From Chloroflexota bacterium (GTDB lineage Bacteria > Chloroflexota > Anaerolineae > Aggregatilineales > Phototrophicaceae), in NCBI GenBank assembly GCA_028875245.1, contig JAPPEU010000033.1:24992-88991 (forward strand): DNA of 64,000 bases. Reading direction: 5' to 3'. Positions 26,584-36,051 of this stretch are shown here, in pieces (the first letter of the stretch is position 1; the number at the start of each line of letters is the position of its first letter). The notes under the pieces are model-generated. The model did not search any database. It saw only the letters and a list, made by a program, of their open reading frames with translations, and was not told the origin of the DNA. The translations under genes were made by a program, and so were the position numbers.

Positions 26584-26883
26584 ATGCTGATGATGAATGA
26601 CGCGCGGTTTCAACGGATGTCTGATGAGTACAAGGCTGTCCGCAATGTTCAGGACAAGATCATGGACGGGCTGGACGAAGTGTTGCCAGCTATGGCGCGC
26701 ACAATTGACGAAAACCGTCAAGCAATAATGGAGAACCGCCAAGCAATAATGGAGAACCGTCAAGCCATTGAGCAGAACCGTCTTGCTATCATGCAGGCTA
26801 ATGCCAAGCTTGATGCGCTCATTGCGCATTTCGATGTGGATTATAAACCCACGGGATTCAATCCTGATACGCCAGAGCAATGA
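26584..26883 (+). CDS. small coiled-coil protein containing four tandem 21-nt (heptad) repeats
   Basis: GAGG RBS and a TACAAT -10-like box upstream. 'ENRQAIM ENRQAIM ENRQAIE QNRLAIM' is encoded by 21-nt units at 26710..26793. Low-GC pocket. Confidence 0.45.
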   Translation: MLMMNDARFQRMSDEYKAVRNVQDKIMDGLDEVLPAMARTIDENRQAIMENRQAIMENRQAIEQNRLAIMQANAKLDALIAHFDVDYKPTGFNPDTPEQ

Positions 26884-26952
26884 CATAAGCGACAAGAACC
26901 GACAGAAGAAGCAAGCCCCGCCTGGCTCATTTAGCGTATAAGTCCCGAGCGA

Positions 26953-28164
26953 ATGTCAAAACCGCTGCGCCTCTGTTATGTGCTCAATCATGGGGACTCG
27001 CTGACGCAATGGAAAGACGCGGGCTTGCTTGATTTGCAGCTCCGGCTCATCCGCGCCTTCCGGCAGCGGGGCGCCGAGATAGACATCGTCAGCCATGGCG
27101 GGCGCGAAGAGCTTGCGCTCCTGCCGCAGTTGAATGGCATGAAGCTGCACTGCAACTGGATGGGCCTGCCGCCGAAGACTTACGCCCGCCGCATCCACCA
27201 ATTGCACGCGCCCCGGCTCATCGGCTCGCAACTCGTGCAGACCTGCGACGCGGCCGCGATCGTGGTGGCGCAGCGCATCGCCTGGGCCTGGCGCATCCCG
27301 CTCGTATACCGTTTCGGCTTCGTATTGTCTGACCAGCGGCGCGCCTCCCCCGAGCGCTTCTCGCCGGCGGATTTGGCGCTGGTGGAGAGCATGGAGCGGC
27401 AAGGGGCGCGGACGGCGCAGCACATCATTTGCCCGACGCGGCAGATTGCGCAGCAATTCGCCGACATTGAACCGCTGGCCCGCGACAAAACGACTGTGAT
27501 CCCCAGCGCGGTGGATTCCGAGAATTTCCGCCCGCTGCCGGAACCCAAGCTATACGACCTTGTCTATCACGGGCGCGCGCTTGAATTCAAGAATCTATGG
27601 GCATTGCTGGAAGCGGTGGAGCGGCTCGACGTAACGATCGCCATGATCGCGGGTCCGCTGCCGCGCGAGATCGGCACGGAAGATGACGAGCTGCCCGCCC
27701 TGAAGAAGCGCTTCGGCGATTTGGACGGCCGCATCCACTGGCTGGGCCGCATCGAGAATACGCAGCTGCCGGCTTATCTCAACCGCGCGCGCGTCTCAAT
27801 CATCACATCTTTCAGCGAGGGAACAGCCCGCAGCCTGTCGGAAGCGATGGCCTGCGGCCTGCCCTGCATCGCCACGCGCGTGCCCGAGCTCAAATATATG
27901 ATTGAGCATGAAATCAATGGCTACCTCTGCGAGACCGATACGGCAAGCATCGAGGACGCAATCAAAACCGTGCTGTCGAAGCCGGATATGATGAAGACAA
28001 TGGGCGAAAACGCCAGGCGCGACGCGCTGGAAGTTTATTCTTTTGAACAGCTGGCGCAGAAAGAATACGACCTGCTGCTGGATATCGCCCGGCGCAACCC
28101 GGTCGAAGGCGCGCCCGCCCGCATCGCGAAGTATCTCTTCAGGCGGAACCCCTCCTGGGCTTGA
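26953..28164 (+). CDS. glycosyltransferase, GT4 (GT-B fold) family
   Basis: 'SFSEGTARSLSEAMACGLPCIATRV' E-x7-E motif region. 403 aa. Confidence 0.8.
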   Translation: MSKPLRLCYVLNHGDSLTQWKDAGLLDLQLRLIRAFRQRGAEIDIVSHGGREELALLPQLNGMKLHCNWMGLPPKTYARRIHQLHAPRLIGSQLVQTCDAAAIVVAQRIAWAWRIPLVYRFGFVLSDQRRASPERFSPADLALVESMERQGARTAQHIICPTRQIAQQFADIEPLARDKTTVIPSAVDSENFRPLPEPKLYDLVYHGRALEFKNLWALLEAVERLDVTIAMIAGPLPREIGTEDDELPALKKRFGDLDGRIHWLGRIENTQLPAYLNRARVSIITSFSEGTARSLSEAMACGLPCIATRVPELKYMIEHEINGYLCETDTASIEDAIKTVLSKPDMMKTMGENARRDALEVYSFEQLAQKEYDLLLDIARRNPVEGAPARIAKYLFRRNPSWA

Positions 28165-28227
28165 CCCGCCATAGCGCAGAATGCAGGCGCGACCGGCCAC
28201 ACCGCCCGAAAACGCATCCGACACCGT

Positions 28228-28398
28228 CTGCCCCCTACAGGCAACATGTATATGAAACGTTGTAGGGGCGAGACTTGTCTCGCCCAAATGCACGGGCGAC
28301 CATAAGCACGGGCGACCAGGGCCTACAGATGCCTATTTTGAGGGTTCGTTAATTTGTGTGCGCCAAGTCACGACCCGCTAGGGCCTGTGGCGAAAAAC
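28228..28398. repeat. REP-like hairpins followed by a copy of the ~75-bp composite module
   Basis: GTAGGGGCGAGACTTGTCTCGCCC, then CCTACAGATGCCTATTTTGAGGGTTCGTTAATTTGTGTGCGCC...GGCCTGTGGCGAA. Confidence 0.7.
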
Positions 28399-28418
28399 GA
28401 AGCGAGCGCCCCTGTCTA

Positions 28419-28609
28419 CCCTCTTCCTATACTTGCAGGCAGTGTATCGAATTCGGTTGAAATTCATTTTCACCACAAAGGAAAGAAGGACACAAAGAAA
28501 TTGCATATAGTCTACGTTTCTCGGTGTCCTCGATTTTCTCGGTGTCCTCGGTGGTAAAGTTTTTTGTTTCCACCGAAAGGGATACACTTCCCCTCTTCCT
28601 ATACTTGCA
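28419..28609. mobile_element. foldback MITE-like element bracketed by 19-bp direct repeats
   Basis: Direct repeat CCCTCTTCCTATACTTGCA at 28419..28437 and 28591..28609. Terminal inverted repeats GTGTATCGAATTCGG (28442..28456) and CCGAAAGGGATACAC (28573..28587). The interior is a long imperfect palindrome built from octamer-type modules. Confidence 0.5.
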
Positions 28610-28644
28610 ATGCCATTTGCAATGCCGCGCGCGATATGTTATGA

Positions 28645-28666
28645 TTATCGAAATCGATTTCGATAA
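28645..28666. promoter_or_regulatory. 22-bp perfect palindrome TTATCGAAATCGATTTCGATAA, candidate LacI-family operator
   Basis: Perfect dyad with a central CG, 31 nt upstream of the LacI-family gene start. It fits the generic LacI operator pattern (half-sites around a central CG). Confidence 0.5.
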
Positions 28667-28696
28667 CGGTCGTCAAGCGACCGGACCCTAGGCAGG

Positions 28697-29728
28697 ATGC
28701 CCATGCCGCTGACCATTGAAGACTTGTCAAATCGATTGGGGATATCTTCCTCGACCGTGTCCAAGGCGCTCAATGACCGCCCGGATGTCGCGCGCGACAC
28801 CAAAGCGCGTGTCTTGCAGGCGGCGCGCGAGCTCGGTTATCAGCCGTCGGCGGCGGCGCGCAACCTCCGCCGTCAGCGCAGCAACAAGATCGGCTTGGTG
28901 GTCACCTACCCTGTTCAGCGGGTATCCGACTTCCTCTCCGAGCTCATCCTGGGCATGGCGACCGTCGCGGAACAGGCCGAATACAACCTGATTCTCTATA
29001 CATCCATGGTCGGCAGCGCGGAGCGCATCAAGAAATTATGCCGTTCGCGCGAGGTCGATGGCATCATCATCGCCTGGCCGCCGCGCCGGCAGGAGACTGT
29101 TGCGCTTTCGCTGCTGCTGGCGGATGAAGACATGCCGCATGTCTTCCTGCCGCGCCGGGTGCCGCATGACGCGATCTCGTATGTAGCCGCCGATCACCGG
29201 GGTGGCGCGCGCCAGTTAACCCGGCACCTGATTGAGCTGGGGCACCGGCGCATCGGTTTTGAACGGCTGCCGGAAGTGTATGAAACCGATTATGACCGCC
29301 ACGCCGGCTATGTCGCGGCGCTGCGTGAAGCGAGCATGGCTTATGACCCTGCCCTGGTCATTTCGGCTGATTCGCAGGCTGCCGATTACGGCTGGCGTTC
29401 ATTTGACGACTTTCACGCGCTGAATGAGCCGCCAAGCGCCATCCTCTTCTTCACCGACCCGCTGGCAATCCGCGCCCTTTCCCACGCCAAGGCGCGCGGC
29501 ATTCACGTACCGCAGGACCTGTCCATCGCCGGCTACGATGGCATTCTTTCCTCCGGCGTGACGGAACCGGCGCTGACGACCGTGCGGCAGCCGACGGCGG
29601 CGATGGGCGAGCTGGCGGTGCAAAGTCTCTTGAAGCTAATTGCGAACGGCAGCGCGAAAGCGGAGCAGCACATCCTGCCGGTGGAATTGATCGCGCGCGG
29701 CTCAACCGGCCCGAAACCGAGGGCATGA
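28697..29728 (+). CDS. LacI-family transcriptional regulator
   Basis: N-terminal 'IEDLSNRLGISSSTVSKALN' HTH plus a periplasmic-binding-protein-like effector domain. Confidence 0.85.
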   Translation: MPMPLTIEDLSNRLGISSSTVSKALNDRPDVARDTKARVLQAARELGYQPSAAARNLRRQRSNKIGLVVTYPVQRVSDFLSELILGMATVAEQAEYNLILYTSMVGSAERIKKLCRSREVDGIIIAWPPRRQETVALSLLLADEDMPHVFLPRRVPHDAISYVAADHRGGARQLTRHLIELGHRRIGFERLPEVYETDYDRHAGYVAALREASMAYDPALVISADSQAADYGWRSFDDFHALNEPPSAILFFTDPLAIRALSHAKARGIHVPQDLSIAGYDGILSSGVTEPALTTVRQPTAAMGELAVQSLLKLIANGSAKAEQHILPVELIARGSTGPKPRA

Positions 29729-29798
29729 CTATGGTCGACTCGCGCCGCTTGGCCAAGTGGCGGTCTTCTGAAAGGCGGGAAGGAAGGGAGAGTTCGCT

Positions 29799-30626
29799 GT
29801 GACTCGTATTTCCGAGGAGCAAATTGAGCAATACCAGCGCGAAGGCTATTTTATTCTGGAATCGGTGATACCCGAGCGGGTCGTCGATGCCCTGCAAGAC
29901 GAGTGTATGCGCATCATCGACATTTATGACAAAGAGATGGAAGCCAAAGGTCTCAAGACATTGCGCATCAATCACTACAAGAAACGCTATTTCGTCGCCA
30001 ACCGCAGCCCCGGCAGCCCCGTCATGACCGAGTTTCTATTCGGCGATCTGATGGCGGATATCTGCCGCGCCACGTTGGGTGATGAGGCCTATCTTTACAA
30101 TGAACAATACGTGGTCAAAGCCGCCGATACCGATACCCGGTTCGCCTGGCATCAAGATTCGGGTTATGTCGGGCATTATCATCGCGCCTTCTTGTCCTGC
30201 TGGTGCGCCCTGGATGATATGAGCCTCGAAAACGGCACGATATACATCTTGCCCTACAGCCGAGACGGCCGCCCGGACATCGACGACATCAGCGACCATC
30301 CGGAGGAAGCGGGCAGCAATGACAAGGTCGGCTATCACGGCGATGACCCCGGCGACCCCGCCATCGTGCCCAAAGGCAGCATCGTGGTCTTCAGCAGCCG
30401 CACCTTCCATCGCAGCGGCGCCAACATGACCGACGCCTATCGCCGCAGCTACCTGGCGCAGTATTCAACCGAGCCAATCATGACAAAGGACGGCAGCCAG
30501 GTCTTGGTGCGCGCCGAACCGCTGCTCAAGAATGGCGTCCGCGTCAATCCCGCCATGGCGGCAGCCGCGTCTTGGGCGCCGCTCATGTCTGGCGGCCGGG
30601 CGGGCAAGGGGCCTGGCGCCGATTAA
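29799..30626 (+). CDS. PhyH-family Fe(II)/2-oxoglutarate dioxygenase (second copy)
   Basis: GTG start. 'FAWHQDSGY' and 'FSSRTFHRSGAN' form an H-x-D...H pattern. Confidence 0.75.
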   Translation: MTRISEEQIEQYQREGYFILESVIPERVVDALQDECMRIIDIYDKEMEAKGLKTLRINHYKKRYFVANRSPGSPVMTEFLFGDLMADICRATLGDEAYLYNEQYVVKAADTDTRFAWHQDSGYVGHYHRAFLSCWCALDDMSLENGTIYILPYSRDGRPDIDDISDHPEEAGSNDKVGYHGDDPGDPAIVPKGSIVVFSSRTFHRSGANMTDAYRRSYLAQYSTEPIMTKDGSQVLVRAEPLLKNGVRVNPAMAAAASWAPLMSGGRAGKGPGAD

Positions 30627-30702
30627 GTTTGGAAAAGGTGGCGGACGCTTGAAAGCAGCGCGCCTTTTTGCAGTGTCGGATTATCAGTTTAAGGAGATAG
30701 AA

Positions 30703-31992
30703 ATGCGCAAGTTAATAATCGTTTTATCGTTGCTGGGGTTGCTCATCGGCATTCCCGCATTCGCCCAGATGGAAGGAACCTGCAATATCGATCCGCCCAT
30801 GGATCCAGTCGATATCAATTTCATCGGCTGGAGCTTCCCCATCGCCGATTTCAACGCCGGCGAGGTCGAGAATTGCGATGACGTCGACAATATAAATGTG
30901 AACATCAGTCTGCTCTCATCCGGCGATGTGCTGGAGCAGGTGCCGCTCGCGCTGTCGGCCGGCGGGGCTTCTCCCTACGAAATCTTGCACGCTTCCAACG
31001 GCCAGGTCGGCGGCTGGGGCGGCAACGGCTGGCTGATGCCGCTCAATGACCTGGTCGAGAAGTACTGGGACGAATACGACCTGGGTGACATTCCGGAGGC
31101 CGTTTGGGATGGCGGACGCTATGGCGATATCATCTATGGCGTTCCGACCAGCGGCAATACGCTGCATCTGATCTATCGCAGCGATGTCCTGGATGAGATG
31201 GGCATGGACGTGCCAACTACCTACCAGGAAATCCTCGAATTCTGCGACGCGGTCGGCCTGGACAACATGGATTGGGACTCGCCCTTCGCGATTGATCTCT
31301 CGCGTCCGCGCGGCTGGGAGCTGGAATTCTTCATGGTCCTGGGCGCTTACGGCGGCGCCTACCTGGGCGAGGGCAACATGCCCGCCTTCCATGGCCCCGA
31401 GGGGCTGGCCGCTGTTGAACTGATGCTGGAGGTTTACCACCGCTGCATGGGCGACGCCGCTACGATGATGACCAACAACGGCATGGAAACGGGCATGCAG
31501 CAAGGCACCTTGCCGATGACCAAGCTCTGGGCAAGCCGCGCTGCCGTCATGACAGCCGAGACTACCGACCTGGTTGATGTGATTGCCTTTGCGCCGGCGC
31601 CGAGCGTCGAAGCGGGCGGTCCGCTGGCCAGCTCGATCTGGAGCGACTTTTACTTCATCCCCGCCACCGTCACCGCTGATCCGGACTTGATCTTCCGCAT
31701 CATCATGGAAGCGCTTGATGTCTCGTCGCAGCAGGAAGCGGCCCAGATCGGCATTCCCGCGCGCGAGTCCGCCGCCGGATTCGGTGGTCCCTATCTGCCC
31801 GCGTCCAACGCGACCGCTGCTGGCGGCGTCGGCAATTACGACAAGAACCCGGCCGTCAACATCGTCATCGCCAAATTGAGCGATTTCCTGCCGCTCACGG
31901 CGACCGGGGAATTGAGCCCGCAGGAGGCGCTGGACGCCGCCGCCGAAGCCTACATCGAAGAAGCGACCGCCCAGGGCTACATCGAGGGTTAG
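30703..31992 (+). CDS. ABC transporter extracellular solute-binding protein (carbohydrate type)
   Basis: AAGGAG RBS. Signal peptide MRKLIIVLSLLGLLIGIPAFA. Size and position upstream of two MalF/MalG-type permeases. Confidence 0.8.
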   Translation: MRKLIIVLSLLGLLIGIPAFAQMEGTCNIDPPMDPVDINFIGWSFPIADFNAGEVENCDDVDNINVNISLLSSGDVLEQVPLALSAGGASPYEILHASNGQVGGWGGNGWLMPLNDLVEKYWDEYDLGDIPEAVWDGGRYGDIIYGVPTSGNTLHLIYRSDVLDEMGMDVPTTYQEILEFCDAVGLDNMDWDSPFAIDLSRPRGWELEFFMVLGAYGGAYLGEGNMPAFHGPEGLAAVELMLEVYHRCMGDAATMMTNNGMETGMQQGTLPMTKLWASRAAVMTAETTDLVDVIAFAPAPSVEAGGPLASSIWSDFYFIPATVTADPDLIFRIIMEALDVSSQQEAAQIGIPARESAAGFGGPYLPASNATAAGGVGNYDKNPAVNIVIAKLSDFLPLTATGELSPQEALDAAAEAYIEEATAQGYIEG

Positions 31993-32030
31993 GCTGACCT
32001 TTACCCGCCCACGGCCTACCCCCCTCGGTC

Positions 32031-32130
32031 CCCCCATCTCAATGGGGGGATGGCGCCTGCGTTGGCGCGATTCGATTCATAGCGGCGCTCCCCTTCCCTA
32101 GCTCGCTGGGGAAGGGGCCGGGGGATGGGG
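32031..32130. repeat. C-rich/G-rich hairpins (CCCCCATCTCAATGGGGGG; CCCCTTCCCTAGCTCGCTGGGGAAGGGG)
   Basis: Second hairpin family. Related copies at 37371..37399 and inside the portal ORF at 11152..11175. Confidence 0.6.
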
Positions 32131-32176
32131 TAGAATATCAGCGGTCGCCCCTACACTCAAACATAGTGGCTACCTG

Positions 32177-33040
32177 ATGAAACGCAATATCTTCCTCGTT
32201 TTCGCCTCGCCCAGCATCCTGGTCATGACCTTGCTGATGGCGCTGCCCCTGGCGATGGCCATTTGGCTGAGCATGCACTTCATGACCTTCACCAATGTCT
32301 TGGAGCCGCAATGGGTGGGCTTGCGCAATTATGTCGATGTGCTCGGGGACGCGCAATTTTGGCAATCTTTCGAGTTCACCGTGGTATATATCGCCGTTGT
32401 CGTCCCCAGTTGGATCGTCATCGGTTTCATTATGGCGCTGCTGCTCGATCAGCAGAGCGGCCTGGCGCGCGGCATCTATTTGTCCATTTACCTGCTGCCC
32501 TTTATCATTGTGCCGATTGTTGGCACGATCATGTTCCGCCAATTGTTTGAGCCTTCGGGCATACTGCGCTGGCTGTACCAGGAGATTTTTAATACGCGCT
32601 TCCGCTATACAGAGCAGACGGTGAAGGCGCTGGTGCTCTTTCATGGCGTTTGGTATGTGACGCCGTTCACGCTGGTGGTGTATTTCGCCGGCTTGCAGAC
32701 GCTGCCGCAAGACCTGCTGGAAGCGGCCGGCATCGATGGCGCCAGCCGCTTGCAGAAGATCCGCTACGTCGTCATCCCCCATGTGCGCTCGCTGACGCTC
32801 TTCATTCTGCTTTTCAGCATCATGGATTCTTACCGCGTGTTCGACAGCGTCTACGTGCTGACCGAGCTCAACCCCATCTACAAGGCGCATACCGTCATGA
32901 CCTACACCTTCCAGACCTCGATGCGCCTGCAGCGCCTGGGCAAAGCCAACGCCATGGCCGTGCTCACCGTCATCGGCATCATGGTTGTGCTCATCCCCAA
33001 TTTGTATTATTCCTGGAAAGAACAGCTTGCGGAGCGCTAA
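32177..33040 (+). CDS. carbohydrate ABC transporter permease (MalF/UgpA-like)
   Basis: Six hydrophobic segments. 'LEAAGIDGASRLQKIRYVVIP' EAA-loop motif. Confidence 0.85.
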   Translation: MKRNIFLVFASPSILVMTLLMALPLAMAIWLSMHFMTFTNVLEPQWVGLRNYVDVLGDAQFWQSFEFTVVYIAVVVPSWIVIGFIMALLLDQQSGLARGIYLSIYLLPFIIVPIVGTIMFRQLFEPSGILRWLYQEIFNTRFRYTEQTVKALVLFHGVWYVTPFTLVVYFAGLQTLPQDLLEAAGIDGASRLQKIRYVVIPHVRSLTLFILLFSIMDSYRVFDSVYVLTELNPIYKAHTVMTYTFQTSMRLQRLGKANAMAVLTVIGIMVVLIPNLYYSWKEQLAER

Positions 33041-33043
33041 AGC

Positions 33044-34048
33044 ATGGACCGGGTGACCAGCCGCTGGGGCCGCATCCTCATTCAAATCATCCTGTTTCTT
33101 TTTGCAATTTACAGCATTGTGCCCTTCGTCTGGACGGCGCTGCAATCCATCAAGACCGTGCGCGATGCCGGTTCGCGCATACCGAAACTCCTCTTCACGC
33201 CGACGATGGAAAATTATGAAGATCTCTGGCTGCGCTCGACGCCGGCGAACCCGGAAGCGCTGGCCTTTTTCCTGCTGCTGGCGCTGGTGCTGCTGGTTGG
33301 GCTTTTGCTCTTCGCGCAATACATCCCCGGCCGCCGCCCCCTAGTTTATGGGCTGGCGGTCGCCGGTTTCACGACATTGCTTTGGGGCATCCCGCAACTG
33401 TTGGATACGGACCGCTTCTACGATTTCTTCATGAATACGCTCATCGTGACTGTGGGCACGATCGTGATCTCCATCAGCATCGGCTGCCTGGCCGGCTACG
33501 CCCTGGCGCGTTACATCGGGCTGCTGGGCGTATTTCTGCTGCTGGCGGCGCTGGCCTTCCGCGCCTTGCCGCGCTTCGCCTTCGTCCTCCCCTATTACTG
33601 GATCGGCAGCGCGCTGCACCTTCTCGATTCCCGCATGCTGGTCATCATCACGCTGGTCGCCGTCAATCAGCCCTTCACGATCTGGATGCTGCGCAGCTTC
33701 TTCATGGAAGTGCCGAAGGATCTGGAAGAATCGGCGATGGTCGATGGCGCCAACCGCCTGACGTCTTTCCTGAACGTCATCGTGCCGGTCGCTTGGCCCG
33801 GCATCATTTCAACCGCGCTATTCACCCTGCTTTTGGCGTATAACGAATTCTTGCTGGTGCGCGTCCTGACGCAGACCAACTGGACGCTGCCGGTGGCCAT
33901 TTCACGCTTCACGGGCGGCGAGGATCCGCGTCATCTGACGCTGGCGGCGGCGGCATCCGTCTCCGCGACCATCCCGATCATCGTGGTCATCCTCCTCTTC
34001 CAGAAGCATCTGGTCAAAGGCTTGGCGGCTGGCGCGGTCAAAGGCTAG
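33044..34048 (+). CDS. carbohydrate ABC transporter permease (MalG/UgpE-like)
   Basis: 'EESAMVDGANRLTSFLNVIVP' EAA-loop motif. Starts 4 nt after the upstream stop. Confidence 0.85.
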   Translation: MDRVTSRWGRILIQIILFLFAIYSIVPFVWTALQSIKTVRDAGSRIPKLLFTPTMENYEDLWLRSTPANPEALAFFLLLALVLLVGLLLFAQYIPGRRPLVYGLAVAGFTTLLWGIPQLLDTDRFYDFFMNTLIVTVGTIVISISIGCLAGYALARYIGLLGVFLLLAALAFRALPRFAFVLPYYWIGSALHLLDSRMLVIITLVAVNQPFTIWMLRSFFMEVPKDLEESAMVDGANRLTSFLNVIVPVAWPGIISTALFTLLLAYNEFLLVRVLTQTNWTLPVAISRFTGGEDPRHLTLAAAASVSATIPIIVVILLFQKHLVKGLAAGAVKG

Positions 34049-34051
34049 CGG

Positions 34052-34135
34052 CGCCCGCCAGAGCGCAAATGCAGGGGCGACTCTGTGAATCGCCCGCCAG
34101 AGCGCAAATGTAGGGGCGAGCCATTGGGTCGCCCG
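34052..34135. repeat. tandem pair of REP-like hairpins
   Basis: CGCCCGCCAGAGCGCAAATG(C/T)AGGGGCGA-loop-TCGCCC occurs twice. Confidence 0.7.
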
Positions 34136-34160
34136 ACGAACAAGAATCAGGAGAACCCAC

Positions 34161-35159
34161 ATGGCAAAGACGCAGGCGCAGCAGAACCGGGAAATCATCA
34201 GCGCATTCTGGGCCGCGATGAACGATGCGGACGGGGGTCAGATAGCGGATATCGTCAAAGCCCATTGTCGCGAAGACATCGTTTGGCACGGTCCGGCGCC
34301 CTACCAGGACATCAAGGGCGCCGACGCGCTCATCGAGCGATTCTGGCAGCCGCTTTTGCATTCATTTCCCGATTTGCGGCGCCGCTGCGATGTGCTGCTG
34401 GCGGGGACTTATCGCGAGCAGGATTGGGTCAGCGCCTCGGGTTATTTTCGCGGCACCTTCCGCGAAGATTGGCAGGGCATCGCCGCCAATGGCGCGGAGA
34501 CCTTGATCCGCTTCGGCGAAGTCATGGCGCTGGAAGCGGGCAAAATCGTCAAGACTTATTTCTTGCTCGACCTCATTGATGTGATGCAGCAGGGCGGCTT
34601 TCAGCTCCCCTGGGACGCGCCGGCTATTGAAGGGCTGCGGCCGCCTGTCAAGCTGGGCAGCGGGGTGCTGGGCAGCGAGCAGGACCCGGCCGAGACGCGC
34701 CAGACCCTGCTGCTGGTCGAGGCGATGTTATTCGGCCTGGTGCGCAAGGACCAGCCGATGTCGCTTTATTGGGACCCGGAAATGGTTTGGAACAGCCCCA
34801 GCGGCGTGGGCAGCGCGCGCTCTCTCGCTGAGTTTCTCGACCGCGTGCATCATGTCTTTCTCAACGGTTTGTCCGGCAGCTGGACCGGCTCGCACAATGC
34901 GCGTTATGCCGAAGGGCGCTTCGCCGTTTCGACCGGCTGGCCCAGCCTGGTCGCCGTGCACGATGGCGTGTTTCTGGGCTTCCCGCCCAGCGGCAATGAG
35001 CTCCACTGGCGCATCATGGACTTCTGGGAGCGCGTCGGCGACAAGCTCATCACCAACTGGGTGCACATCGACATGATCAATATCTTCGGTCAAATCGGTG
35101 TTGACGTCTTCGACTTGTACCAGCAATATCGGCGCGAAAAGAGCTCGCAGGTGAACTAA
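34161..35159 (+). CDS. two-domain SnoaL/NTF2-like (ester-cyclase-like) protein
   Basis: Two repeats of the alpha+beta cone pattern ('REIISAFWAAMN...', 'HWRIMDFWERVGDKLITNWVHIDM'). Assignment by motif resemblance only. Confidence 0.5.
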   Translation: MAKTQAQQNREIISAFWAAMNDADGGQIADIVKAHCREDIVWHGPAPYQDIKGADALIERFWQPLLHSFPDLRRRCDVLLAGTYREQDWVSASGYFRGTFREDWQGIAANGAETLIRFGEVMALEAGKIVKTYFLLDLIDVMQQGGFQLPWDAPAIEGLRPPVKLGSGVLGSEQDPAETRQTLLLVEAMLFGLVRKDQPMSLYWDPEMVWNSPSGVGSARSLAEFLDRVHHVFLNGLSGSWTGSHNARYAEGRFAVSTGWPSLVAVHDGVFLGFPPSGNELHWRIMDFWERVGDKLITNWVHIDMINIFGQIGVDVFDLYQQYRREKSSQVN

Positions 35160-35174
35160 ACATGACGTGTAAGG

Positions 35175-36038
35175 ATGGCCGCGCTGGCGCCGCGCGCTGA
35201 CGACGGTATGCGACCATCCGGCGGCGCCGAGCGCTCGCGCGACAAAGGCTCCCCGTTTCTTTACGGTCGGACGTCCTTCATTGCCTATAGCGCGGATCCT
35301 CGGTTCTCATACTGCTTGTACCTGCCGGATGAGATTCGGCGGATCTGCGTTTACGTGCACGGGACCTACCGCGACGCCGCCTTCTATCGCGATCAACTCA
35401 CGGACTTCGCCGTCCGCAATCAAGCCTTGCTGGTTTGTCCCTTGTTCCCAGCCGGTCTCATTGAGCCGCGCGACGTAGAAAATTACAAGCTGTTGCGCTT
35501 CCACGAGATTCGCTACGATCGGATTCTGCTGGGCATGCTGGATGAGATAAGCCAGCGTTACGCGGTCCCTTGCGAGCGATTCATGTTGGGCGGTTTTTCC
35601 GGCGGCGCGCAGTTCGCCCATCGTTTCGCTTATTTTCACGCGGAGCGCCTTAGCGCGCTCTCGTTGGCAGCGCCGGGCCGGGTTACGCTGCTCGATGAAT
35701 CGCTCGACTGGTGGAGCGGCGTACGAGACGCCGAGCGACTCTTCGGCCGCGCCATTGATATCGCCGCCCTGCGCAGGCTGCCGATACAGCTATTGGTAGG
35801 CGAGAACGATGATGACGATATCACCATTGCGGACGACGATCCCTGGTGGGCGCCCGGCGCCAATCTCGCAGGCGCAACTCGCCGTGAACGTCTCGCATCG
35901 CTGTTCGGGCAATATCAGCGACTGGGCTGTGACGCGACGCTAGAGGTAATAGAAGGCTGCGGGCACGAATGGACGCCGCTGCGAGACGCGACGACTCGCT
36001 TCTTTGAGGTATCATTTACTTCCGCGGACGAGGATTAG
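35175..36038 (+). CDS. alpha/beta-hydrolase (esterase / PHB-depolymerase-like)
   Basis: 'GGFSGGAQFA' nucleophile elbow (GxSxG) and C-terminal 'GCGHEW' His. Confidence 0.65.
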   Translation: MAALAPRADDGMRPSGGAERSRDKGSPFLYGRTSFIAYSADPRFSYCLYLPDEIRRICVYVHGTYRDAAFYRDQLTDFAVRNQALLVCPLFPAGLIEPRDVENYKLLRFHEIRYDRILLGMLDEISQRYAVPCERFMLGGFSGGAQFAHRFAYFHAERLSALSLAAPGRVTLLDESLDWWSGVRDAERLFGRAIDIAALRRLPIQLLVGENDDDDITIADDDPWWAPGANLAGATRRERLASLFGQYQRLGCDATLEVIEGCGHEWTPLRDATTRFFEVSFTSADED

Positions 36039-36051
36039 CCGGGAGCGATTT

